NCBI GenBank assembly: GCA_963837445.1
Contig: CAWINK010000014.1
Span: forward strand, 9,487-73,486
Reading direction: 5' to 3'
Source: an uncultured Thermoleophilaceae bacterium
GTDB lineage: Bacteria; Actinomycetota; Thermoleophilia; Solirubrobacterales; Thermoleophilaceae
DNA: 64,000 nucleotides
This document shows, one piece after another, positions 1 to 8,852 of this stretch. A model generated the notes under the pieces. That model saw only the letters and a list, made by a program, of their open reading frames with translations, did no database searches and was not told where the DNA came from. Within the stretch, counting starts at the first letter, position 1, and every line of letters starts with the position of its first letter. A program made the position numbers and the translations under genes.

Positions 1-101
1 GTCTCGCCGTAGGGCATCTCGACGGTCAGCGCCACCACCACCACGGGCACGAGCAGGATCCGCCCGAGGGTGAGCGCGTTGGGCAGGTTGAGCGGGAACA
101 A
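1..101 (-). CDS. CDP-alcohol phosphatidyltransferase family protein (PgsA-like), N-terminal fragment running off the left edge
   Basis: Hand translation of the minus strand from TTG at 99-101 gives LFPLNLPNALTLGRILLVPVVVVALTVEMPYGE. This matches the N-terminal NLPNxLTxxRIxLxP signature of the family. Too short for the ORF track. Confidence 0.45.
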   Translation of the reverse strand, partial: MFPLNLPNALTLGRILLVPVVVVALTVEMPYGE

Positions 102-108
102 GCCGGAG

Positions 109-387
109 TCAGGCTACCCGGCGCCGCCGCGCCAGATACTCGATTCCCGCGGTGCAGCCGATCGGGCCGAGCGGCGAGACCGTGGCGGCGAGCAGCGGCC
201 AGGGGAAGGTGCCGCGCTTGGCGCCGTAGGCCACGAGCAGGCACAGGACGATCCAGCCGATCCCGTGGGTCCAGCCCAGGATCAGCTCCGCGTCCTCACC
301 GAGGCCGCCGATCGCGGTCACGAGCAGCGCGGCGAAGATGCAGACCTCGACGAGGCTGTAGACCCGGACGGCCTGGAAGTAGGACAT
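109..387 (-). CDS. DUF3817-like small integral membrane protein
   Basis: 92-aa ORF with three hydrophobic helices and a GWTHGIGWIVLCLLVAY segment typical of DUF3817/YdzA-like proteins. Confidence 0.55.
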   Translation of the reverse strand: MSYFQAVRVYSLVEVCIFAALLVTAIGGLGEDAELILGWTHGIGWIVLCLLVAYGAKRGTFPWPLLAATVSPLGPIGCTAGIEYLARRRRVA

Positions 388-429
388 ACGCCGCCCGCAG
401 ACTACGTAGCGGGCGGCGCCGCCTCGGCG

Positions 430-831
430 TCAGTTGACCGGGAAGACCTCCTTGGCGCTCACCTCTGCGGTGCACTTGTGCTTGTGGCGCCTGCCCGAGC
501 GCAGCTTCTTGCGCTTGGCGACCGCGTAGATCTTGTCCCCGTCAGGTGGTGCGGGGCCCTCGACCCGCCACTCGCCGAACGCGTCGGTCGTGCCCGTTCC
601 GATCAGGAAGGGCGGGTCGGAGTCGTGCCAGACCTCGACTTGGCGTCCCTTGCGGCACCCCGGCTTCCCGCCCCTGACCGCGCCGCTGTAGCTCCCGCTG
701 GTAGCCGACGTGCGGGTGGCGGAGTCGATTCGGACGCTGGTTCCGATGTTGACCCTGTGAGCGGACGCGGTAACCGCGCCCGCCAGGAATATCGTGAGCG
801 CCGCGAGGACGGTCACCTTGCCGATTCGCAT
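430..831 (-). CDS. secreted hypothetical protein
   Basis: Internal ATG at 829-831 gives MRIGKVTVLAALTIFLAGAVTASA, a clear signal peptide, followed by a beta-rich body. The first 19 codons of the tracked ORF look non-coding. Confidence 0.55.
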   Translation of the reverse strand: MRIGKVTVLAALTIFLAGAVTASAHRVNIGTSVRIDSATRTSATSGSYSGAVRGGKPGCRKGRQVEVWHDSDPPFLIGTGTTDAFGEWRVEGPAPPDGDKIYAVAKRKKLRSGRRHKHKCTAEVSAKEVFPVN

Positions 832-912
832 ACGAGCCCCTTTCCTGTAGGCCAGTCCGGACGACGCTATCCCGGACGACAGGCGCAATGCAACCTCTGC
901 CGCCTTCTGACG

Positions 913-2899
913 CTAGGTAGAGGGCGCGTACGCGAGCAGCCAGCGCAGCATGTCGCGGGCGGGCATCGGCCTGTGCGATCGCGTATCCCTGCACGTAGTC
1001 GCAGCCGAAGCTCAGGAGGCGATCGCAGACGCGCTCGTCCTCCACGCCCTCCGCCACGGTCTCGAGGCCGAGGTTGCGGGCGAGGTCGATGATGGAGCGC
1101 ACGATCGCCTCGGAGTCCGGCTCCTCCATGAGGTCCGTGATGAACGAGCGGTCGATCTTGAGGGCGTGCACCGGCAGCTGGCGCAGGTACGAGAGCGACG
1201 AGTAGCCCGTGCCGAAGTCGTCGATCGAGGTCTTCACGCCGATCGCACTGAGCCTCGCGATGGCGTCGCGCGCCTGCACGGCATCGCCCATCAGCGTGCT
1301 CTCGGTGATCTCGATCTCGATGGCCTCGTCCACGAGGCCGAAGGCGCGCCGCTGCTTGTCGATGAGATCCGGCAGCCCGGGATCCACGAGCACGCGAGCC
1401 GACACGTTCACCGCCACCGGCACGAAGCAGCCCTGGTCCTGCCAGCGGCGGCAGTCGGCCGCGGCCATCTCGAGCGCGAGCGCGGTGAGCGGCTCGGCGA
1501 GGCCGGTGCGCTCGGCCAGCGGCACGAAGGTGCTCGGGCCGACCTGCCCGAGCACGGGGTCGGTCCAGCGGGCGAGCGCCTCCACCCCCACCACGGCGCC
1601 GCGCGCGAGCTCGATCTTGGGCTGGTAGTGGAGCGTGATCGCGCGGATGTCGATGGCGCGCTTCAGCGCGGTCACGAGCACGAGCCTGCGCGGCGCCTCC
1701 TCCTCGAGCTCGGGCGAGAAGAACCCGAGGCGCGACTGCTCGCGCTTCGCCCGGTACATCGCGGCCTCCGCGCGCTGGAGCAGCTGCTCGGCGCTGTCGC
1801 CGTGACCGGGACCGCAGGCGATCCCCACGGTGGCGTCCACGCTCAGCGTCGCGCTCTCCACGTCGATCTGCTTGCTGAGCGCCTCCACGATCTTCTCGGC
1901 AGCCGCGGTCGCTACGGCGGCGCCGGGCGCGAGGTTCGGCAGCAGCACCCCGAAGCGGTCGCCCTCCACGCGCGCGACCGTGTCCGAGGAGCGCACGGCG
2001 CGCTTGAGCCTGCCGGCGATCTCGACCATCACGCCGTCGCCGCGCGCGCGCCCGAGCGTGTCGTTCACGTCCTGGAAGCGGTCCAGGCCCAGGATCAGCA
2101 GCGCCGTTTCCTGCTTGCTGCCCGCCGCCTGGTGGAGGGCATAGTCGGTGCGCTGGAGGAGCAGCGTGCGGTTCGGCAGCAGGGTCATCGGATCGTGGAG
2201 GGCGAGGTGCTCGGTCTCCGAGGCCTGCTTCGACGCGCGGTGCACCGCGGCCATCGGCAGCGCCAGCACCGGCACGAGGTAGAGCCAGTTCTCGGCGATC
2301 ACGGCCACCGGCGGGCCGAGCGCGAACAGCGTGGCCGCCGACCAGCTCCGGAAGATCATGTCGCCGAGCAGGTGGGCGCGGATCGGGGCCTGCTGGAGCA
2401 GGGCCTCCGCGGTGCGGACCAGCGTGGAGTTCGCGACGAAGAAGACGACCGCGCAGATCGCGATCGCGGGCAGGTCGCTCGCCTGGAGATCCTCGGGGTG
2501 CCCGAGGCCGGTCCCGCCGAGAACTTCGAGCACGAGGCCGGCGGCGATCCACGAGAGCGCGAGCTGGGCGAGGTTGAAGAGGATGCGGTCGGTCGGGCGG
2601 CGCCAGACCAGGTCCGCCACCAGCGACGCGACCACCTGCACCACCACGACCTCCGGCACGCCGTAGACGAGCAGCACCGCGAAGGCGAACGGCGTGGAGA
2701 AGGTCTCCTCACCGACCTGGCCGTGCACCTGGATCGGGAACAGCTCGCCGAGCAGGACGAGCGCGGCGAGGACCCAGAACTCAGCTTCGAGCGGGCCGAT
2801 GTCGGCCCCACCGATGAGGGCGAGACCGACGACTGCCGCAGCACCGGCGGCGGTTACTAGCCGCAGGTACAGCGTGAAGGGGGAAAGTTGGCCAGGCAC
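913..2899 (-). CDS. membrane-anchored GGDEF/EAL (diguanylate cyclase/phosphodiesterase) protein; C-terminus frameshifted as assembled
   Basis: N-terminal polytopic membrane domain. GGDEF domain with GDRFGVLL. EAL domain with EALARW, DDFGTGYSSL and QGY. The tracked ORF reads on to 542 in an Arg-rich tail. Shifting frame at about 970 restores the canonical EAL end QPMPARDMLRWLLAYAPST-stop (TAG at 913-915). Confidence 0.85.
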
Positions 2900-3298
2900 T
2901 GGAGCGAGTCACGGCGGGGCCGAATCGCTCCAGGCCTGGGCCAAACGACGCCGCTCTACCGAGCGGCCCAATGCGGCAAGGAACCTCTAGAGCTTACGGG
3001 GCGCACCAAGCGCCTCAAGCAGAACGAGGAGTGACACGAGGGACGCGGCGGAGCGATACGTCTTCGCCTTGAGGGTCAGGGACGTACGACGGAGCTTCGA
3101 GGGCATAACTGCCTCCACGAAATGTCGGGGCTGGCCGGCGGGTCCACCGGCCTAGGCGCGTGCATCGGCCGCTCTGTGCGCGAGGTATTAGCGATTCCGC
3201 CGGGCTTGGACGTTTGTTCGTGGTACATCCGTCCAGAGCCCCTTTCCACCTACCAAGTCGGGGGCTCCAGATGGCGATGGAGTACTTAACCGCCCCGT

Positions 3299-3877
3299 AT
3301 GACCCTCGCCATCGCATTTCTGCTCCTGCTCCTGACCGTCCCGCTCGCGGGTGGGAAGCTGAGCCGCGTCGGCACCATGAAGATCCGCTGGGTCGGGCTG
3401 GCCGTGGTTGCGTTCGGGGTTCAGGTGGTGCTCGTGACGATCGTCCCCGAAGGCGGCGGCACGGTGCACCGGATCTTGCACCTCGGCACCTACGTTTTGG
3501 CGGCCGCGTGCCTGCTGCGCAACCTGGACGTTCGATTCGTATGGCTGCTCGGGGTCGGCGGGCTTCTGAATTTGATCGCCATCGTCGCCAACGGCGGCGT
3601 GATGCCGGCGTCGCGTAGCGCGCTCGACTCGGCCGGGCTCGAGGTGCAGTCGGGCCAGTTCTCGAACTCGGATTTCGTGGAGGGCGCGCATGTCGCGTTT
3701 CTCGGCGACGTGTTCGCGGTGCCGGCCGGCTGGCCGGGTGCCAACGTCTTCAGCGTGGGCGACGTGCTCATACTGGTGGGGGTGTTCCTTGTGGTTCACG
3801 CGGCGGCCGGCTCCCGGCTAGGCGGAACCGCACGAACACCGCTCCCGCGATCGCAAGAATCACCAGCAGTGCAATAG
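3299..3877 (+). CDS. DUF5317-like membrane protein
   Basis: 192-aa polytopic ORF with ANGGVMP and SVGDVLIL motifs. Divergent from the GGDEF/EAL gene. Confidence 0.65.
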   Translation: MTLAIAFLLLLLTVPLAGGKLSRVGTMKIRWVGLAVVAFGVQVVLVTIVPEGGGTVHRILHLGTYVLAAACLLRNLDVRFVWLLGVGGLLNLIAIVANGGVMPASRSALDSAGLEVQSGQFSNSDFVEGAHVAFLGDVFAVPAGWPGANVFSVGDVLILVGVFLVVHAAAGSRLGGTARTPLPRSQESPAVQ

Positions 3878-4453
3878 CCGCGATCGCCTCGGGCGAGGTG
3901 AGGTCGCCGAGGCTGCCGCCGAGTGCCGTGTAGGCGAAGACCTTGGGCGCCGCGCCGATGAGCGTGCCGATGGCCATGTCCCTGTAGGCGAGGTGGGTGA
4001 GCCCCGCGCTGTAGTTGACGACGCCGTAGGGCAGCACGCGGGATGATGCGCGACTCCATCACGGCCACCGCGCCGTTTTCCGTGAGGAAGTTCTCGATCG
4101 GCTTGGTGCGGCGCGGGAGGAGCCTGCCGCGGTGCTCGCCGGCGAGCCGTGCGCGAGACCGCCATCTGGGCGAGCGCGGCGAGGGTGACGCCCGCGAGCG
4201 CGAGCGGCGTGCCCGCCGCGGTGCCGAACAGGAGCCCGGCCGCGCCCGCCAGGACGATCCACGCGACGAGGAAGTTGGCTAGGACGAAGAGCGGGACGTA
4301 GAGGAACGGCGCGAGCGGGCCGAGGTCGTTGCCGAAGTCGCGGGCCTCGTCGGCGGACGGGATCGCGCCCATGGCGAGGGCCGTGGCGAACACCGCGCCC
4401 ACGAGCGCCGCGTAAAGCGCGATCCGCCTGATCGCCGGCCGGCGCGAGTCCAT
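3768..4453 (-). pseudogene. TVP38/TMEM64 (DedA-related) membrane protein, two frameshifts as assembled
   Basis: The N-terminal ~101 aa lie in ORF 3860..4453. The middle piece GEHRGRLLPRRTKPIENFLTENGAVAVMESRIIPR is in a second frame. The C-terminal piece LPYGVVNYSAGLTHLAYRDMAIGTLIGAAPKVF is in ORF 3768..4037. Shifts at about 4150 and 4040. Confidence 0.75.
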
Positions 4454-4494
4454 TCAGTCGAGACTAGGTGGTCGCGTGGTTACGATCGATTGCC

Positions 4495-4860
4495 GTGACG
4501 GCGCGTGCTTTGCGAAAGCTCTGCTTGGGGTTCCCGGGAGCGTTTGAGGATTTCCCGTTCGGCCCGGAGCACTCGGTGTTCAAGGTGGAGGGCAAGCTGT
4601 TCGCGATCAGCGCTTTGGCGGCCTCGCCCCTGCGGGTGTCGCTGAAGTGCGAGCCGGAGCTGGCGGAGCAGCTGCGGGCGGCTCATGCGGCGATCGCGCC
4701 GGGGTACCACCTGAACAAGCGCCACTGGAACACGGTGACGCTGGACGGCTCGGTGTCCGATGCGATGGTGCGCGACATGGTGGAGGACTCGTACGACCTG
4801 ATCGTGGCGGCGATGCCGCGAGCCGTGCGGGAGCGGCTGGGCTGGACGGTGTCGGCCTGA
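4495..4860 (+). CDS. MmcQ/YjbR family DNA-binding protein
   Basis: CLGFPGAFEDFPFGPEHSVFKVEGKLFA and YHLNKRHWNTV are typical of the family. GTG at 4495 is preferred; the tracked start 4468 is an alternative. Confidence 0.7.
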   Translation: MTARALRKLCLGFPGAFEDFPFGPEHSVFKVEGKLFAISALAASPLRVSLKCEPELAEQLRAAHAAIAPGYHLNKRHWNTVTLDGSVSDAMVRDMVEDSYDLIVAAMPRAVRERLGWTVSA

Positions 4861-5255
4861 TGTCGGAGTCGGAGAACGTGGCGCTCGTCCGGGCGACGAT
4901 CGACGCGTTCAACCGCGGGGATCTGGAGTGGCTGCTCGAGCGGATCGACGACGACTTCGAGTTCGACTGGACCCGAAGCCGCGGGCCGCTGGCGGGGCTC
5001 TACCGCGGGCCGGAGGGGCTCACGGAGTTCGTGCGCGAGCAGTGGGACACGTTCGAGACGTTCCACATGGAGGCGTTGGAGTACATCGACCGCGGGCGTT
5101 TCGTCGTGGTTCCGAATCGCGTGAGCGCCCAAGGCCGAAACGGAATCGAGGTCTCAGCGGAGGCGAACCAGGTGTTCACGCTGGAGCCGGACGGGCGGGT
5201 GTCGCGGGTGGCGATGTATCTGGAGTTGGAGGAGGCGCTGGCGGCAGTTGAGTGA
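4860..5255 (+). CDS. SnoaL-like / NTF2-fold protein
   Basis: 131-aa product MSESENVALVRATIDAFNRGDLEWLLERIDDDFEF... from the ATG at 4860, which overlaps the upstream stop. Paralogs lie at 36662..37144 and 39225..39536. Confidence 0.7.
   Translation: MSESENVALVRATIDAFNRGDLEWLLERIDDDFEFDWTRSRGPLAGLYRGPEGLTEFVREQWDTFETFHMEALEYIDRGRFVVVPNRVSAQGRNGIEVSAEANQVFTLEPDGRVSRVAMYLELEEALAAVE
5103..5245 (+). repeat. direct repeat copy 1 (3-prime end of the SnoaL-like gene)
   Basis: Aligns without gaps to 8553..8695. My hand count gives 15 mismatches in 143 nt, and the last 56 nt (5190-5245) are identical. Confidence 0.85.
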
Positions 5256-5369
5256 GCCGACAAGCGTGCTGACCAATGCCCGCAATGTGGGGAAAAGCCG
5301 TGTCGGACAGCCTTCAAGACACCTCCGTTGCCGTCGCAGCCGTAGTAGGACTCGCCTAGGCTCGGTCGC

Positions 5370-5887
5370 TTGACGGATTTCCTCTCCCACCGAAACCCGC
5401 AGCCGGGTGATGGCGCGGATCCGAAGCAAGGACACAAAGCCGGAACTCGCCCTTCGCCGTGCCGTGTGGGCGCTAGGTCTCGGGGCTGGAGATGCCACGC
5501 AAAGTACCGTCCCAGGCAAGCCCGACATGGCCTTCATCGGGCTCCGAAGTGGCCGGTATTTGTCGATGGTCGTTTTTGGCACGGACATCCAGACTTTTTT
5601 ACTTTCGGCAAGTCGGGCAAGCATGGGACTCAAAGATTGCCCGGACGCAGGCACGCGACCGTCTAGCGAATGCCACGCTAATCGGTGCAGGGTGGTCTGT
5701 GGTCCGCTTCTGGGATTTTGAGATCGAATCCGATCTGGATGCGTGCGCTCTCGCTGTGGAGGCCGCAGTCGGAGGCGCTAGGCGCGGCTATCCCCCGACC
5801 CGTCGGCTTCCGGGCGGAGAGGTCGGCAATCCGGCAAGCAGTAATCCGGCAGTCCGGCAACCAATGCGTGAGAGCAAACTCCGCTAG
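5370..5887 (+). pseudogene. vsr: very short patch repair endonuclease (Vsr), at least 5 frame switches
   Basis: Family motifs are spread over three frames: ETRSRVMARIRSKDTKPELALRRAVWALGL, VPGKPDMAFIG, VFVDGRFWHGHPD and IARTQARDRLANATLIGAGWSVVRFWDFEI. Confidence 0.8.
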
Positions 5888-6494
5888 CAGACTGGAAGTT
5901 GCCGACGCGCTCTGCGGCGCTTCTTGACTTCTAGTGGCGGCGGGGAGAGAGTAGGCTCTTCCTAACCAACCGCGGCGCAAGTAGTAGTACGGACGTCTGC
6001 GGCTGGGCTGGACACCCACGCCTAAGAAATGCACGCGCTTCCCGCCGAAACCATCCGCCGCACATCAGGTCGACAGGCGCTCTTGCCTGGCATTGAACAC
6101 CCTCAGCCTCAGCGCATACGGAGGTCATGACGCCGTGACTTACGTCACCTGCTGGGCCGCGACCGGGATCTTCGCCGTTGTCGCGACAGCGGCGCACATT
6201 GTCGCCTTGAATAGAGCGGGCGGCCTCCTCCCACCGCAACGGACCCGCGTGACCACATCTCAGTTTGAGCTGCGGATCCCCGGCTTGTTGCGGTCGCGCC
6301 GAACTACTCTGGTGACCGGGTTACGAGGCAGCCCCGAAAAGCGGATCCCCCGACCAAGCGCGGCCTCGCAAATTCGGCAGGATCACCCGTCGTTCATCCG
6401 GAGAGGGACAGATTCGACGGCCGCGCCGTCAGAGTTTCCGCGCCCTGATACGCCCGAGTTGTTCGGGTTGATCAGCAACAGGGTTGGTCTCTGA

Positions 6495-7217
6495 CGCATC
6501 TATGACGAACTCTTCCGGGCGCCCGAGGGACTTGACATTCGGTCTCTGAAGGAACGGATTCCTGAGTACGCCGATCAGATGCATTTCGACCGCCGGTTGC
6601 GGGATCTCGACAAACAGTTCGTACTCGAACGCCGACGCTCTGGCGGGTGGTTGGTGTACCGACTGGCTGGGCGCCGCGACAAGCCACGCGATGAGGGGCG
6701 GATCAACAAGACCCTCAGGGCGGAGGTTCTGTTTCGGGACGGAAGCCGGTGCCAAATGTGCGGGGCAAGTCCACAGGTCGATGAGAGTGTCCGGCTCCAG
6801 ATCGATCACAAGGTTCCCCTTCACTGGGGTGGGAGCAACGGCCCAGAGGGCCTGTGGACGCTTTGCCAACGCTGCAAATTCCGGCAAGCGCGACTTCTTC
6901 GCTTCGGTGCAGGAGCACTCGGAGGAAATCCGCGGCGCGATTAACCACCCGAGGTACATCGCCGCCTGGGCGAGCTGCTTCGCGCATTCGGAATCGGTAA
7001 CGACGTGCCGTCGTACGTCCTGGCGATCGTCGCCTCAGCCCAGCAGTACCAGGAGGACTGGCATAGACGGCTTCGGGAGCTGCGCGAGCTCGGCTGGGAC
7101 TACGCCGTCACGAAACGAAAGGAAGGCGACCGGATCGTGTCTTACTACCGACTGACGAAGGATGGGGGCTGGCCTGCCCACGGCACGATCCGAGAAGCGC
7201 TACGCGGCGCCTCATGA
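6495..7217 (+). pseudogene. HNH endonuclease with flanking winged-helix-like segments (candidate restriction nuclease of the Dcm/Vsr module), two frameshifts
   Basis: HNH core RCQMCG...LQIDHKVPLHWGG...LWTLCQRC then NSGKRDFF in the next frame, with an extra A in the AAA run at 6876-6878. It returns to the first frame near 6950 (RLGELLRAFGIG...IVSYYRLTKDG). The 5-prime end is unresolved because of an in-frame TGA at 6492. Confidence 0.6.
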
Positions 7218-7227
7218 CCCGCGGCTC

Positions 7228-8392
7228 CTACGTGCGGGCGAGGTGCGCCACCCGAAGTACGCCCCTCCTCGAGGGAACATCGCCCCCGTCTTGAGTTGGC
7301 GCCGTCGTGTCGCCGCTTAGCGCTGCCTCGCCCTCCATTTCGCGTTCCGCTACTTCCAGATCGCTTCCAAAGGTCGCCTCAATGAGGCGCGCAGCGCGGT
7401 TGACGTCGTGACCGCGTAGCGCCGCCTTGATTCTCCTCCCAAATGCCTCTGCGACAGGCGGAGGGAACGCGTTGCCTACTTGCCGGTAGGCCGCGGTTTT
7501 CCGTCCCTGAATCTGCCACTCGTCAGGATCGAAACCCTGGAGCACAGCTGCCATGGGAACCGTTAGGCGGGGCATTCCCCAGAAGTGAGGACCCGGTGGG
7601 CAATCGGCGAGCCCGAGAGCATCGACTCCCAAGCCGCGCCACTGTCGCTTGGCGCGGGTCGGCCCGAGGTCTGGCCCGCCATGCTTCTTTGAACCACCTA
7701 CGAGAGTGGGTGCAATCCGATCGGCGTCATGGTAGGCCCAGTACGGCGCGTACCACCAGCCATCCGCAGCCATGTAGTCGTGAAGCGCCTGGCCAACCGT
7801 AAGGGGTCGGCGGTGCGCTTCTTCGCCAGGCCAACGAAAGAACATCGCGGACGCTTCCTCAATGGCGATCAACAGCGCTCGAGGCCTGAGTTGGGGGATA
7901 CCGAAATCTGAGGCCTGGACCACGTCCCAACTCACGCGGTAGCCGCGGGCCTCTAAGCGCGCCACAACGGCTTCCCGATAGGAGTCGAACTTCGCATCGA
8001 GGATGCCTCGGACGTTCTCGAGCATCACCGCCCGTGGCTCGCACTCATCGACGAGCCGCAAAGCCTCTGGGAAGAGGTCACGCTCATCCGCGCTTCCAAG
8101 CTGCTTCCCCGCTTTTAGAACGGCGGGCAAGGTACGCCGCCAGCCAGCAGCGCAACTTGTCCTCGCCAAGCGGTCACATCGAAGCGTCGTACGTCCCCTT
8201 TTCCTCTTCTCAGGTGTAGTCGATCCCCGACGTACGGTCCGAAGACCGCCACTCCGGTCGATTCGTACGAAGGGTGCTACACGCCCACTCGTCGTTCTCG
8301 ACTAGTGCAATGTGCTGAAAGCCGGCCTTCTCGAGACCGAGCGCCTGCCCACCCGCCCCTGCGCAGATTTCGATTGACGTTAAGGGGGCCAT
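7228..8392 (-). pseudogene. dcm: DNA (cytosine-5) methyltransferase, two frameshifts
   Basis: Motif I is [19 protein letters not shown] (ORF 8210..8392). Motif IV, LLAGGVPCPPF, is in a third frame. ENV (VMLENVRGIL), QLRPRALLIAI and GNAFPPPVAEAF are in ORF 7228..8169. Shifts at about 8245 and about 8115 (T4/A4 run). Confidence 0.85.
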
Positions 8393-8552
8393 CAGCAGGG
8401 AGCAAGGCTAGGGCCGCAACCGGATCGAAGCCTTCAGGCATCACTCAAAGGACGGCGCTACCAGCTATGAACTGGGACGGTAGTCGAACCCGGCCAGCTC
8501 GAATGGTCGGTCGGCCACCGTGCTTTTCGACCTAGGTGCATCGGCTGCGACC

Positions 8553-8708
8553 GTGGTGGTGCCGAACAAGGTGCGCGCGCAAGGCCGAAACAGGATCGAT
8601 GTCTCAGCAGAGGCGAACCAGGTGCTCACGCTGGAGGCCGACGGGCGGGTGTCGCGGGTGGCGATGTATCTGGAGTTGGAGGAGGCGCTGGCGGCGGCGG
8701 CGCAATAG
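8553..8708 (+). pseudogene. orphan 3-prime remnant of a SnoaL-like gene (direct repeat copy 2 at 8553-8695)
   Basis: VVVPNKVRAQGRNRIDVSAEANQVLTLEADGRVSRVAMYLELEEALAA matches the C-terminus of the 4860..5255 product. No matching N-terminal part lies upstream. Confidence 0.75.
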
Positions 8709-8852
8709 GGCGCAACTGACCGAAGCGCCCTATCGCCGATCGAGGCGCCGTCCCCCGCGATTGTGCGCGTGGTCGTGGTGTTGGATTCCGGACGACTATT
8801 GACACGCCGGGTGTCAACCACACGGCGTTCGTCACGGGAACGCCGCTCGGTG

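Noticed and set aside
867-2552. 561-aa Arg/Pro-rich ORF, plus the opposite-strand 950..2860 ORF, overlapping the GGDEF/EAL gene
   Set aside because: These are off-frame or antisense shadow ORFs typical of very high GC. They have extreme Arg/Ala/Pro composition and no motifs, while the third frame encodes a clean GGDEF/EAL protein.
2900-3298. Possible riboswitch (c-di-AMP/ydaO-like or guanidine/ykkC-like) in the lower-GC leader
   Set aside because: I could not find the conserved core sequences of these classes as I remember them. It is kept only as a generic structured-leader observation.
6093-6959. ORFs 6093..6494 (+) and 6429..6959 (-) in the Vsr-HNH spacer
   Set aside because: There are no motifs. 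The minus ORF is antisense to the HNH gene. The plus ORF has odd composition and ends at the TGA preceding the HNH frame. At most, its last few codons may belong to the HNH N-terminus.
8478-8500. gacggtagtcgaacccggcc resembling the tRNA-Thr 3-prime end (gacggtgggattcgaacccacgac), a possible degenerate att repeat marking the left end of a tRNA-integrated island
   Set aside because: Only about 14 matching positions, and two gaps are needed. This is too weak to distinguish from chance by eye, so it is recorded as a lead, not a call.
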